Positions 25,166 through 39,651 are shown, counted from the stretch's first letter. The stretch: DNA of 64,000 bases from Octopus bimaculoides (GCF_001194135.2 NC_068989.1:94340650-94404649); one strand, 5' to 3'. Notes: generated by a model from the letters alone, not told the origin. A program made the numbers and translations.

Positions 25166-28100
25166 GTGAGTAAACGAGATCATTTTGTTATAATTCTTTC
25201 TTCTTTGACAATATACAGAGACCTGAAATCTTTACTTATAAATTTGCTAAAGCTTGCAAAAATTTACATAAATACAGTTTGTGTATCGATTAACTACTCT
25301 GGTATCAACGAGTACCATGGCTAGATGCTGAATAAATTTCAAAGCAGTCTCTTATAATTGGCTATTCAATTGTAAACACTATAGTATTTGTCCGTAAATA
25401 GAATGACAGAAACATTATGTTTATCATTATTTGATTGTAACAGTATTGTATATTCTTTATACACGAGATCTCCTATTGCCTAAAAGGTTAATGTCCTGGC
25501 AGAAGGTTATTACTAAAATAAAAGAAATTTCCTGGTATTTATTCCAGCATTCTGTTTCACATAACATTTAAATCCTTTGTCTAACACAAGTATTGCATTA
25601 ATAATTATATCCAACCAGGCCAGTAATTCGGATCTGTTATCAGAAGCTAAAGAATTTCAGCAAGCCAATAATTTACTCAAGTGGAAACCAATGAAATTCT
25701 AGAGGTTCTTTTAACATTAAGAAGAAAAAGTTGACACGTAATAAAAACCAATTCCACATCAATGAATGCCCTCGAAACGTATTGAAATGTCTCTCTTTAT
25801 TTGGTATTCAGCCAAAGAAATTAATTATGCATATTCATCATTTTTAAAGTTAATCCTTGCTTAAGATTACAAATATGAATCGGCTTATGCAATTCAAATG
25901 TAAGACTTTGCCAACTCCTCGGCAATATTTGAGTGATAAATGTAAGTTAAATATATATCTATGATCTTTGTAGGAAACGTATAATGTGGCAAACTAGAAG
26001 CTACCAGGATTACAATGTACATTAATTACATATAGTTTAAATGCGGGATAACATTAATTTGTAACAGCAAGAGCAGGTTGTCTTCGTTAGGTCCTCTTGA
26101 TGTCTAATGAGATAATTTGTATCTTTGGTGAAAAATACCAACACGTAGTGATATATGGGATGAGGTATCAAGTAAGTTGGAGGAGACATGAATATTTTAT
26201 CAAATACTAAATTATCCTTATTATGATGTGGCATGTCAACCATATTACCTTAATAGCATTATGAGTTAAAATTTCATAACAATGTCTACATCAATATAGA
26301 AGCGACTTTAAATATATTGATTGCATAATTCATACTGCATTATATTGGACTTTCAGTAATTTTATTCATTCAACATGAGAGCATTGAAACATTTGAACTG
26401 CATCATACAATTGACATAGCATTATTAAGGCCGAAGTAGATAATTCTCTGAATCACAATCACATATGCATATTAAATGCAGTCCTAAGTTGCTTTAATGT
26501 GCAATACGTGGATATAGTTGTATCAGAAGGGGAATGATACAGAGGAAGCATGCCATGTCAAGAGAGCAAATTTGAAACTAGAGCGAAAATCAGAGGATGA
26601 AACATGTTGTAATCTTAGTTTATTTTAAATACGTTTTAGCCATTGAAGTTTGTTTGAAGGTAGAATATGAATCTGAGCTTTATTCTATCATTTCTGTGAA
26701 TGTATGTCAATAGTCTCAAGCAGGAGAGAGGTCGAAATTAGATACAACAATGGATTTATCAAATTTCCACGAAAACGCGATAAAAATAATCTTAAAAAAA
26801 TAGACTAGAAAATCTATAAAAGACATCATTATAGTAAAAAGAATAGACGAGAGAGGAAAGGTGAAAGCAGTATTTTGTGTGGGACTGTTTAAAGGCGCCT
26901 TGTTAAATATGGTTTAGAAATATGATGGGATACAATATAAATCACAAGAGAAGACAGAAAATGATAGTTTTTTGTAGTTGATTAGATATCGTTTCACTAT
27001 AGAAAAGGGATATAATAATTAACTTTTAGAAACACGACCCAATGCGAAATAGATTGGAGTGGAAACTTCAAAATTAAATTGAAGGTTTGTCTGTTGAAAG
27101 AGAGAGAGAGGGGAGAGAGAGAGAGAGAGAGTAAGAGCGAGGGGGTTAGAGATGGAGAGAGAGAGAGAGAGAGACTTAAGGGATGTTGTGATAAAAAAAA
27201 AACATGTTAGAAATAGCTCAATTAGAAAATAAATTCAGTATTTCATTAGCTTCTCTTAACAACATTTTCTTGGCATATAGTAAAAAACCCAAATAGTGTT
27301 TATACATGAAATACTTTCACGATGGGAGGTTCGAGATACGGATTTGCCATAAAGAATCTGGTTTGAACAATTCTAGAAATCTATATACATAATGGCCATG
27401 AAGATTGCTGAAAAAAGCAACAAAATAGGCCGAAAATAGGATTTCAAAGTGATTGATTTTACACCATATTAAAATAAGAGAGAAAGCATCAGTGTTTCGG
27501 TAAGTGGTCCATCGTTAATCAAGAGAGTGCTAATAATTAGACAACCAAATGAGAGAGATATCATTAAATGTTTTACAATGCACCAAGTATGTGGTAAATT
27601 GACCGAATTTATACTTTTTGTTCTCTCTTTTCCTCGTCTGTCACTTAGCATCAAATCTCTGTATCAGACGTCGCAGCTACATCTGTTTCTTCCTTGCAGT
27701 GTAAAATTAATTATCTCGCTATTTTGAAATTTGGAGTTTCTTTCTTTTAATTCTAAGATGTCGTGATGTTGCAACATTAACATAGAAACCACCTCCAGAT
27801 TACACTCGATTACTAACATTTTATTACATAACAGTTATTTAATATAAAAAGGTATTATATAAAATTAATCATTTGTTACGATACTTGCTTGTCTATATGC
27901 GTGCATTATTTTTAGAACGTTTTATATGTGCGCATTTGTGTGTGTGTGTGTGAGTATATGGATATATGTATGTATGAATGTATTCAAAGCGATGATTCAG
28001 ATTTAGACTCCGATGTCATTACAGGGTATTAAATCACGGGGTAAAGACTGGCTATCAGAAGGATCAGTTTGAGCATATATGGAGGCAATTATAAGGATAA

Positions 28101-28454
28101 ACAAATTAGATATATTAAATATAATAGTTTGCGTATAAAATACGATATATGTATATATGTATACATGCAAGACGAGAGAAAGCAGAGGGGGTGTTTCAGA
28201 CGATGAATGCTTAAGTATAAGTATATAGATACTTATATTAATACTTCCAATTTACATAAAGTACAAACGACACAGAAAATGAAAGTATGGGGAGGGGGAG
28301 GTGTTACAAGTCAAACAGCCGTTTCTGGGAGCACGGAGATCCATTATAATATTGGTAGATGCAGTTCCATCGCAATAAGCAGACGTAATTAAAGCAATCA
28401 ACATTGGATCAGTCATGCCTCCGTCGTCATGGTAGAACATTTGTTACATTTCAG

Positions 28455-28617
28455 AACCTGATGCAAAGAAGTTCAAAGATAGAATGGTTAAATATGGAGA
28501 GCTACCTTTTTTGGAGGGAGAAAGTAGAAGGGCCAAGAAGAATGACCAACCTTTTTTCTTCATCTTGTCTTGGAGATGTGTTTTGCAACGCTGGTTGCTA
28601 TTTTTAGAAATAGTGTG
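28455..28617 (+). CDS. candidate exon
   Basis: Acceptor ttgttacatttcAG and donor GTG|gtaagt. Phase-1 frame open: PDAKKFKDRMVKYGELPFLEGESRRAKKNDQPFFFILSWRCVLQRWLLFLEIV. Unidentified. Confidence 0.25.
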
Positions 28618-29215
28618 GTAAGTTGGTTGGGAGCTGTCACATGATCTGATTTCCAATAGTTTGTAATATATATATATATATAAGATCAGGTGGCGTATTT
28701 CCGGAAAAGCACTCGATCCGAAAACTAGTCTACAAACACTGTCCGGTTCCAAGCCTCACCCGTATTTTTTCAGCTGTAGAAAATCCATGTCTCACGATGG
28801 CTTTACCATCACAGTTCCTTTTAACCAAGATCCAAATCATTTCATCAACTGTGTCCTAATTATGAAATACCTTTTACCAAAAGCTGTGTTTGTTGTTTTA
28901 TTATTGTCGAAGCATACGAATACTCACAGCTGTTGTAGATTGATGAGTTTCTCAAATATTCCTCGGGAGATATTTTTACACATAAAATCCGTAAAGTGTT
29001 TGAGGAATTTCTCACCTATATAAACAGTGAATAACAGATTTACTGATATGAATTGTTATTACAATAATTGTTCATTATCTGTTATAATTTTTAGGAATTT
29101 GAATTTTTGAAATTGGCTTTGGAAGAATTGAATGGAAATGTTGAAAGTGGGAATATTCTAAGAAATTGAGTCTAACACCAAGTCGTAGTACTGAATGTAT
29201 GAACACACACACACA

Positions 29216-29250
<35 letters not shown>

Positions 29251-29304
29251 ACACAAACATACACACACACATACACACACTCACCACCACTACCCCATAC
29301 ATGG

Positions 29305-29580
29305 ATATGTATTGGCCGACGCTTACGATGAGGCGTGTTCCAGTTGATTCGATCAACGGAACAGCCAGCTCATTGCAATTAACGTGCAAGTGACGTAGGT
29401 CTCTGGGAGATTCAACGTCAGATACCAAATGTGAAAATGCTGGTTCTCTGAATTACAATTCATTTCTGCCAGCTAAGTGAACCGAAGCAACATGAAATAG
29501 AATGTCTTCCCCAAGGACACAACGCCATGATGGAAATCAATCGTACAGCCTAATGACTGTGACTCGAATACCACTGAGCT
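29305..29580 (-). mobile_element. tRNA-derived SINE, third family (V/CORE-like centre), diverged
   Basis: Reverse strand has gcgttgtgtccttggggaagacattctatttcatgttgcttcggttcacttagctggcag and the tail gatcgaatcaactggaacac. Family assignment is by resemblance only. Confidence 0.6.
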
Positions 29581-31132
29581 ACATAGATATGCCATGAAGG
29601 TTATATTCTGAGAAATGAACGGCCTATGAACTTACAGGCATAATACCCAAAGCACAAGTAACACAATAGTAAAACCAGCCAAGATAAAAACGAGATCAAG
29701 GTATTACATTTTATACTGTATCGAATGAGAGTATATCAATGATTCGTACAGTGCTTCATGGTAAATCAAGAGAATTCGAAAAGCAAGAGTAGCAAAAACG
29801 TGGACTAAATATTCTACAATGGAAAAAGTATGAGGAAAATCGACCGTAAATACAGTTTTACTTCTCTTACTGTCGCCTGTCTGTCGTTATGCATACGATA
29901 CGATGTGCATAAGATCTCAAACACCGCTCTCAAATTTAGCCACTCCATCTCCATATCTCACTCTGTCAGTTTGTCACCTTGTCTCTCTATCTCTCTAAAT
30001 CTATATACATATATATGCATACACACACATACATATACGTTTATATACACATACACAGAGAGAAAGTTAGTGAGAGTAAGATGATGATGTGTGTACGTAT
30101 GTGATTGTGTTACCTATATGAAATACCACCCTTAGTTTACTTCCGCTAGGCCAGTTAGCTCTGCGCTAACATGTATAGACTTTGCATATGAAATGCAATA
30201 TAAAGCAGATGTCATGCTGGCCATTAGAGTAAAATATATGTATGTATGTATCTCTATATAAAGATCAATTTGTTCTAAAGTAGGTGCATATGCAAATTGT
30301 TTAATCTAATGATTATCTGAGGTAACTGGCTTTACCTTATTCAAAGTTATCAAAATAGAATTCCAATCTGTCAATCTAACATATTTGTGATGGAAATTTC
30401 CTCTAAACCGGTGAAAATGCAAAATAGGAAATTAAATTCCTCCTTTACAAAACTGTATGCATAAAATTTATATTGGATTAATTAAACATTTGACTTAAGA
30501 TAAATTGGTGCTGACATTTTAAACTTAAGGTAGCACATTCATTACAGTGTTATAAATATGTATAAAACTCTGCCGAACTATGCAAACCTACGTATGTTCG
30601 CTAACATATAATCTCATTTTTTAATATTATCGAAATATCAATACAAAAAGTCGAAGCGAAATATTTGCTGTTTATATTAATATTTGAATGGCGGTTCTAA
30701 AAATAAATTCAGATTTGCTATGATTCCTATATATTTGACAGCATTTGAATACTTAGTTTCCAGTTTAAAAGAGTATTTTGTTGGAAGAATTGAGCATATT
30801 TTTGGTCACATTTTACTTATTTAGTTGTTTCATTCATGAGGAATTGGGCAATATCAAATCGCCAACCTTTAGAGTTAATCAACTGTGATATTTGTTTTAA
30901 CTATGCCACTAAAATAAATGACATCGGCTTTCAAGTAATTTGGAGCGAAACACAAAAAGAAACGTATACACCCGTATGAATATATTCTTTTTACTTCTTT
31001 ACACAGTTCATTATATACATACATACATACATACATACATACATACATACATACATAAATAATCGGAAGGTTAATCCCGAGGACAAAGAAATAAAAACCC
31101 ACAATATGGTAGAAGCCATAGCCACTCATAAT

Positions 31133-31447
31133 AAAAAGGAATACTGGTGGAATGTCCCAGTGAAGACCTCAGTAAAATGTAAGCTCAGCAGACCTGATAT
31201 AATGGTTTGGTATTGAGAAGAGAAACTGTGGAGAGTTGTGGAAATTAGCTGCCCAGCAGATGTTAACATAAAGCTGAAGATCAGTGAAAAAGAGAACACC
31301 TATGTTGAACTATTGAGAAACCGGAAGATACTCTATGAAGATTACAAGTTCTGGTTTATACCTGTAATTATTGGGGCCCTGAGGTATGTAACACACTGCT
31401 TAAATAACAATCTTGAGAAATTAGGCTTCTCAAAACCAGAAAGGTAG
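31133..31447 (+). mobile_element. R4/Dong-like LINE restriction-like endonuclease remnant
   Basis: EYWWNVPVKTSVKCKLSRPDIMVWY*EEKLWRVVEISCPADVNIKLKISEKENTYVELLRN...FIPVIIGALRYV shows the RLE motifs RPD...E...EK..Y and PxIxGALG. Confidence 0.8.
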
Positions 31448-32175
31448 CTTGTTAGGGCGAAAAACATCACTTAAGCACAGGTGAAACAAATGACTCCATA
31501 AGAATTTGCTTGCAAATCTCACTTACACAGAGGAACAGAGCACATCAAAATCAACAGCAGAAGAAAGTGGCGCCAGGATTCACGTTTATGAGAAGAGCTA
31601 GTGAGGATATGTAGAAGATCAAGAATTCTATTACATGAGAATTAATCATGGGATATAAAGGTAGACATGAGGGAAAGCTTACAGTTTCTACATGTCCTTT
31701 CACATCGTCCTGAGGCGAGATTTAGTTCTGCTGTATAAACAGGCAAATAAATCATTCGTAATCGAAAAGTAGATGAAAAGAAAGATGCAGTGAGGCTTTG
31801 AAATGTGCGAAATACAAGACCTTTATGCATGATTTCAGGATGAATTGGTGACAGAAACGGTTATATCGTGTCGTAGTCGGCTGTAGGGATTCTCTGCTAG
31901 TGTTCTATGAAGAATGTCTGCAACTATTGGAATAAGAGAAGAAAAACAGAACTTCAACTTTATGCTAGATTAGAAGGGGAGCAGAAAGAACCTCTTGCTG
32001 GTCATGGGGGGCAAAGAGGAGATAAGCTGGAAGCCAAGAGATGAGAGACAGTGATTTAGCAACCACTGCTAACCCACCAACGTGAGGGTGTTACTGTTCA
32101 GGATCGAAACACCCAATTATCTTTGGATACTGCCAGATGACATCAGTTCATAGAGCATATTTTAGACGTAATCAG

Positions 32176-32179
<4 letters not shown>

Positions 32180-32259
<80 letters not shown>

Positions 32260-32272
32260 CTCTCTCTCTCTC
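32180..32272. repeat. (TC)n-(CA)n-(TC)n microsatellite
   Basis: Directly visible. Confidence 0.95.
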
Positions 32273-33906
32273 CCTCTTTTTCTCACTCTCTAAGTTCATG
32301 TGTTTGTTTGTGGACGCATGCATGTATATCCATAGATGGCACTCGTATGATTGTGAAAATGTACCATTGCTTTTGTTAAGTGCATTTCGATGCTTCTGTA
32401 CTTGTGAGCTGATACAAACAGCCCCGCAAAGTGTCATAGACACATTGCTTTGCCCGACACACGAATCGTTCCGACGAGCATATGTTTGTGAGTCAAACAA
32501 TCTCACCACAATGTCGCAGAAGTAAACCAATTTTGCTGGTTTCATAAATGCGTTAAAGTAACATACCTAAATGATTTGGATGATATTATTTCATAGTTTG
32601 TATTAGATTTCGCAGTTTCCAATATATACAACTTAAATAACCAGCTGTTAGCATTTCTACTAGAATTTGTCATAAACCTCGTGCAATAGCATGTTATGGA
32701 CTGTGGAATGTTGTACGCTACGTCTCATATAGCATTGACATTCCTTGTTCAGTTAAGATATATGTAGTTCCTCACAGTGATGCATGCAATATTGACCTGT
32801 GATTTCCAGTAACATGAGAAATTAAGTACTACAAGAATGCAGCACTTTCCTACAGTGATTTATAAAGGCTGTGTGATTTTAATGAACATATTTCAGCATA
32901 AAAGTAATAACAATCTCGAATTGCCTTGCCATATATACGTCGGCATGGTATCAGCAATGGCAACAGTATTGTAGAATTACACTGTAATGAGATATGATGT
33001 TTCCAATTAGGAAGATGCAGAATCATAACGTAATTATGTTGTTGTGGATTACAGGAAAACAGGAAGAAACGAAACAATCAAAATGGCAATATGTATTTGG
33101 AATAATCACTAATATGCAAAGTAAACGAGATTTGTGTTTCACTCATAAATCTTACATAACAAATAAAGGTATACATCAACGTGCGCATGCGTACCTATAT
33201 CTTGGTTAAGGATTGACAGCTTAAAATGATTTCATTGATTGGGTTTCGAGATTCTGTGGTTTATTTCTTGTCTAAGCAGCTCGACATGATTAGGTAGATC
33301 CCGAATGAACAGTTTCGGGCGTGTGTTTCGATAACAAATCATTTGACACAAAGTTTGGGTTCTATTATTTTTATTTTACTCTCTTTGTAAATATTTGTCA
33401 GATGTCAAATGAATTTGACTTTCTCGAGTTAAGAGTGAATTTTGATGCTTATCAACTGATTGATCTTCCCATTACATTTAGGTAGATAGCAGTATGGTAC
33501 AAATACCATGGTGCAATGAATGCTCATTAGTACCGCTCCTTTCATGCTCTCTTAGAAATTACAATGAAAAAAAATCTCTCCGCAAATACATATATTAATT
33601 CCATGGAAATGTAAATGCATGTATCACTGGCTATAAACCCTGGTGATTCTAAAATAAATATGGGATTGGCTTGCAGTTGCTCATTTTAGCTGAGTTGGTC
33701 GTTACCTACATAGGGACAATTACAGCGCTTTCGCTTTTGATGCTGGATGAAACAGCAAGTGCGTAGTATGATGTATTATAATATTATGTCAAGAACATTT
33801 TGTTTAGTGCCCCGGTTTTACACAAGAACACACAGGAACGTGGTTTCACACAACAATCTTCCTTGGAAAGCGGCTTTCAATTTTGATATTTTCTTTCTTC
33901 TCTAGA

Positions 33907-34443
33907 TTATTTTCTCTTGTGTAAATTTATCATTGCTTTCACTTTCTTGGCTACATTCAATTTGTCTATCCATTTTCTATCCGTTTCTCCAGCTTTTTCA
34001 CTGAATGCTTTCTCAGCCATCTTCAGCTGACCAAACTCGTTCATTAATATATTTTTCCTGCAGTTGTGCAATGGCGTGACATTGGATCTAAAGTTGCTAT
34101 TATTTATGTACTCTTCTCGTGCATAGGAGTCTATTAAGTTTTCTATCTTCAATTTGTTTATGTTAAATATATTTCGTTAAACGTTGAGGACGTCTGAGAA
34201 AGTTATTTTACTTGTCCTCTGGGCTATTTTTGCCGATGTATTTAAATTTAACCACTCGTGTTATTGAAACATGCTAGGTAGCATAAGAATCAGTTCAATG
34301 GATATTAGTAATATACTTGCATCATCTTTTGAAACCGGTTCTTTCTCTATTGGTAAGAAATCTTGAAATAAACTGAATAATGACATGCATACATCATCTC
34401 GATGTAAAAATGTTTCCTGTTTTTGGTTTTCTTTTAATGATGA
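33907..34443 (-). pseudogene. near-open reading frame of unknown origin (decayed exon or TE ORF)
   Basis: 179 codons in one frame with two internal TAA stops; E/K-rich C-terminal half (ORF track 33907-34152). Confidence 0.2.
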
Positions 34444-35953
34444 CTATCTCTGTAACACTATGTAACACGGGTTTCAGCCGTTAAGCACTTTTTATACCCG
34501 TTCATAGCATTAACAATACAGGCTTTAACACCAATATAATTTATATTCGTTAATAACATGCTGTTATTTCTCTGTTTTTCCCGTCAATATAATTGTTTTG
34601 TCACTGTACGCTTCTGATACTAATGACGATATACCTTTCTGCTCATAACTCAGCGAGTCTAAAAATCTGTTTATTTATATTTGGTTACCTTACGTTACAT
34701 TCTGCTTTGAAATCCCGCCCAGGTCAATTTTCATCTTTCTGCAGTCGCTTAGGAGTTCGATTTCCACGACTATAGCAATTTCCCCACAAAAGCTGCAACC
34801 CTGATCCAATGTCAGCATTTTTTATATTAACATTACACTTAAAACTTTTATTGAATTTATAATAGTTTTTATATTTCTCATTGTAATATTGAACATTGAT
34901 CTATTCGAAATTATTGCTGCATGATCCACTGTTTTGGATACTCCGGCGGTCAATCATGTCTCTATCATCTTGAAAGATTTTCACCTGGTCAACATTTGAC
35001 AGCTTATGTTTCGTTGCAATACCACATAAATACATTTTCTTACTACCAAACATGAAATAACCCTTATCAGTTTCCAACGTAATGAAAGCTAAAATTTGAT
35101 CCATATCAGCATCCGTTCTACGTTCCGGATACATGACACTTTGCCACCTGCATTATTATGACAAAAATAGGTAGAGATACATACATGGAAGGCGGAGCTG
35201 TAAAAGACAAATATACCTCTGATGAGATCTGAACTTAGAATGTTGAGAAATATATGTACAATCTCACAGCTCAGTGCTGTCATTCAGTAATAACAATGTA
35301 TGACATAAAACATATTATTGAAGAATCTAGAGAGAAACCTACCATGTATGGAATTCAGTAAATAGCCTATTTTTTCTGTTCATATTCTGCTAAACATTTC
35401 GATAAAAACAAGGAAGAACGTGCATGATTTATAATTACAAAAATCTCATATATAGGAGTTATAGAAGGGTTTTGGTCAGAATAGAAGATTTTCTTTACAA
35501 TCACGTGTGTATTCTCATTCGCTCTTACGTGCAGCCTGATAAAAATATATAAACCACAATTGAACATCATGTTGGTACGATGTCGATATTGATGACTAGA
35601 AAATAGTGTTCAGGAAAAAGAAAAAATTGCGAACAATGGCTTCGTGAAGGTAATCATACAGGAAGTAAATTTTCCTCTAGAATAAAGCTATCTGAAATTG
35701 TTTTTCGTTTCTGCCAGTAAAAATGATATCAATGTTATTACTGAACACATTGTACTAGTATTTATTGACAACAAAATATATTTCCTCTCCTTTTTCATCA
35801 AGTATGAGAAAAATGACGTGTGTTTGAGGTTAACTTTTCCTACATAAAAAAATGATGATGCATTTTTATGACACAATAAAACAAAAAATATGGACACTAT
35901 ATATATGTGCGTGTGAGTGTGCATGCGTGTATGTGTGCGTATACATACACACA

Positions 35954-36014
<61 letters not shown>

Positions 36015-36249
36015 NNNNNNNNNNNNNNNNNNNNNNNNNNNNNNNNNNNNNNNNNNNNNNNNNNNNNNNNNNNNNNNNNNNNNNNNNNNNNNNNNNNNNN
36101 NNNNNNNNNNNNNNNNNNNNNNNNNNNNNNNNNNNNNNNNNNNNNNNNNNNNNNNNNNNNNNNNNNNNNNNNNNNNNNNNNNNNNNNNNNNNNNNNNNNN
36201 NNNNNNNNNNNNNNNNNNNNNNNNNNNNNNNNNNNNNNNNNNTATATAT

Positions 36250-36420
36250 TCTTTTATTCTTTTACTTGTTTCAGTCATTTGACTGCAGCCATGCTGGAGG
36301 ACCACCTTTAGCCGAACAAATCGACTCCAGGACTTATTCTTTGTAATCCCAGTACTTATTATATCGGTCTTTTATTACCGAAGCGTTAAGTTACGGGAAC
36401 GTAAACACACCAACATCGGG
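36250..36420 (-). mobile_element. tRNA-derived SINE with ggtggtcctccagcatggctgcagtc-type tail
   Basis: cttgtttcagtcatttgactgcagccatgctggagg...cccagtacttattatatcggtc. Related tails occur on the plus strand at about 22095-22145, 40765-40835 and 54225-54285. Confidence 0.75.
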
Positions 36421-36712
36421 CACTTGATACAAGCCACAACAAGGATGCTACTGTTAGTGTTATTAGTAATTTGTTCCAACTTACCTGAAATGAAACGCTC
36501 ATGGGTAAGTTGGTAGATCATTTGCCATCATCCATCTGTCCTTGTTTAGATCAGAGCCTTTCTTGAAATACTATGTACAATGGCGAAAATTACAATTGAC
36601 TGAAGGGCCTTAGACAAATAAAACTCATTCCGCAAAAAGAAATAAAGCCTTTCATGCTTTTGCGTAATAAATATTAAAACACGAAATGGATTGATTAAAA
36701 AAATTATATATA

Positions 36713-36805
36713 ACTAGCAGAAATACCCGGCGTTGCCCGGGTTAAAGAGAATAATGAAATCTGAAAACGCCGTCTAGACTACGCATCATCTTTATATATA
36801 GAGAT
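36713..36805 (+). mobile_element. Helitron/Helentron-type non-autonomous element, minimal internally deleted copy
   Basis: 5' end ACTAGcagaaatacCCGGCGTTGCCCGGG with a subterminal hairpin, shared with 46404. Joined directly to ctttatatatagagat, which resembles the 3' end at 38001-38017. Confidence 0.6.
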
Positions 36806-37739
36806 GTATATACACACACGCACCCAAACACACGTATATATATGTATATCAATATAAATATATGAAAGTCAATGAAGTTTCGTAAAAGAAGGTGATCACG
36901 TACATACATTCTTGCTATTGTGATTATAACACCTCATTGTAAACTATGTTCCTTGTTTTCCCTTGTGGAGCATATACAAATAGTTTTTTTGTTGCTGCCC
37001 ACTCTTGAGCAGCCAACATACAGTTGTCCATGTGAGAAACAGGGCTCTTCCAAGAGAAGACCAGCTACAGACAGTGNNNNNNNNNNNNNNNNNNNNNNNN
37101 NNNNNNNNNNNNNNNNNNNNNNNNNNNNNNNNNNNNNNNNNNNNNNNNNNNNNNNNNNNNNNNNNNNNNNNNNNNNNNNNNNNNNNNNNNNNNNNNNNNN
37201 NNNNNNNNNNNNNNNNNNNNNNNNNNNNNNNNNNNNNNNNNNNNNNNNNNNNNNNNNNNNNNNNNNNNNNNNNNNNNNNNNNNNNNNNNNNNNNNNNNNN
37301 NNNNNNNNNNNNNNNNNNNNNNNNNNNNNNNNNNNNNNNNNNNNNNNNNNNNNNNNNNNNNNNNNNNNNNNNNNNNNNNNNNNNNNNNNNNNNNNNNNNN
37401 NNNNNNNNNNNNNNNNNNNNNNNNNNNNNNNNNNNNNNNNNNNNNNNNNNNNNNNNNNNNNNNNNNNNNNNNNNNNNNNNNNNNNNNNNNNNNNNNNNNN
37501 NNNNNNNNNNNNNNNNNNNNNNNNNNNNNNNNNNNNNNNNNNNNNNNNNNNNNNNNNNNNNNNNNNNNNNNNNNNNNNNNNNNNNNNNNNNNNNNNNNNN
37601 NNNNNNNNNNNNNNNNNNNNNNNNNCATCTCTCTCTCTCTCTTTCTGTCTCTCTCTCTCTCTCTTTCTCTCTCTGTGAAAGTATCTGTCACTACAGTATC
37701 GAAATTTGATTGTTTCAGTTAGTGGAATAGTTTCATTTT

Positions 37740-38017
37740 TAAAGTGAAAGTATTTGACATGAGTGTTTTTGTTTCACTTTTGACACGTAATACTTAAATA
37801 GTGGAGGAGATATTATGTTGCCGTGTGCTCGAACTCTGCAAGAAGTTAATAATTTTTTTTGAGTAAAACACAACTGGAACCCTAAGTAAGGCATGTGTAA
37901 AATTTGAATGAAATTGGTTGCGTAGTTCTCGAGTTTTAGGGATTCACACAGACAGACAGACAGACAGACAGACATACAGACAGACAGACACACATTCTCA
38001 TTTTTATATATATAGAT
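37740..38017 (+). mobile_element. Helitron/Helentron-type non-autonomous element, 3' half
   Basis: aaatttgaatgaaattggttgcgtagttctcgagtttta, then (GACA)n and a ttttatatatatagat terminus, as in DINE-1/Lep1-like elements. Confidence 0.65.
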
Positions 38018-38560
38018 TTAATGTAAGTATTTTTAATTTGTCAATTACATAAAGATGATTATATAGTGAAGAGAAGAAAATAATATTTCTATGACTAATG
38101 TCATTCTTTGTATTATTTATTTTCCAATTACCTCCCTTGATAGTACCTATTCAAACAAAGTCAATACTAAATCTCGAATATCCATTAATTGTTTCAAGTA
38201 ATACAGGAAGCTGATTTAATTCATTTTCCAATTTATTTAAAGTCCACAGTTGGACATTTTTCGAAGATTTTTACTCTAATAGAACCCCTGTAGTCTACGG
38301 GAGAAATACTCTACTGTTCTCAATTCACGTAAATGGCTAAATCTTTGGTCCCGCTCGTTTACACATCGGCTTCCCAAAATTAATGAAAACAGTTGTTGTT
38401 GACAAACGTGTTTCATCATTTTGTTGGTTTTTTTTTTATCTCTATCACGGTGATCAGTTGGTGAGCAATGCCGTCTTTGTAACACCTGATCTACGACATA
38501 TTTACCATTCTACTTTCGGAACCAATGGTTCTTGATATTTGCAATAAAAAATGCTCTTAC

Positions 38561-38729
38561 TTTTATTATCAGTAAAACCGCCAAATATATAAGAAACAAG
38601 AAGTTCGCAATAAGATGGCCAATAAATGGCCATTTGCCGTTTATCCTCGATCGGAAGAACGCCATTCGGTAGATTGACAAACAGCCACCAACAGACTTCA
38701 GCCGCTTCATAAAATAATTGCTCTTCTTT
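38561..38729 (-). CDS. candidate exon with hydrophobic C-terminal segment
   Basis: Donor AAA|gtaaga and weak acceptor gtatgcAG. Two frames are open across the exon; one reads KKSNYFMKRLKSVGGCLSIYRMAFFRSRINGKWPFIGHLIANFLFLIYLAVLLIIK. Confidence 0.25.
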
Positions 38730-39609
38730 CTGCATACTTTAGTGCTATTAGCGTTGTAATAAACCTAAGGACACATCTTTTACTTTCACAAACAAAAGAC
38801 CGATCTATTTTTCCATTCACGGTTTTTGGTGTTTTATTACGTTCTCTAATAAATATTCAAAGCACTTCGTGTGTAGAACGCTGCTCCTTAAAATACAGAA
38901 TACATCACATAAGGGATGTTAAAAATTCACATAAGCTACAGTAATATACCTACTCTTGTAAAATATTCAAGTACATTGTTTATAACAGCAAGTCTGCAGA
39001 TAAGGTAATAAACAAGAAAATATATAGCGGTGTAGAGCAGCGACACATTTTACCGTTGTCACTTGCAATCCTATGTAAATTAAACCTAGAATTCAGTCAG
39101 ACATAGAACGATATTGATATGACATATCCTTTGAATTTAAATAAAATCATTAATTACAGATATGTTTTCGGTTTACACACATTATGAGACATATCTCAGA
39201 ATATAGTATAGTATAAGGCATTAAGTTAATTACTGGGTTGAATTATGCGTCTTAACATCTAATTAACCGCTTTGAATCTGATCTAATCTGAACAAGAAAA
39301 CATATGCAAGTGGCATGTAGCCAACAGCTTATTACATACAGGGTATTGAACAATGAAATTTATAACTACTCACGTTTAACTACATCTGGCAATATTACCT
39401 TTCCAAATACAATCCACATGAATACATATTAATTGGTCATTAGTTGCCATAGATGAACAGCTGCTTTCTTACTCTCTAATAACGTAATATTTAGAAACTA
39501 AATAAGCAATGCAAAGAAAATTAAGTTATTACGGAAGATGAAATGAAAAGTAATGTTTGCTAATAGTTAATTGGGAAATATTATAGCAAGGCATATGCAT
39601 AAACACACG

Positions 39610-39651
<42 letters not shown>

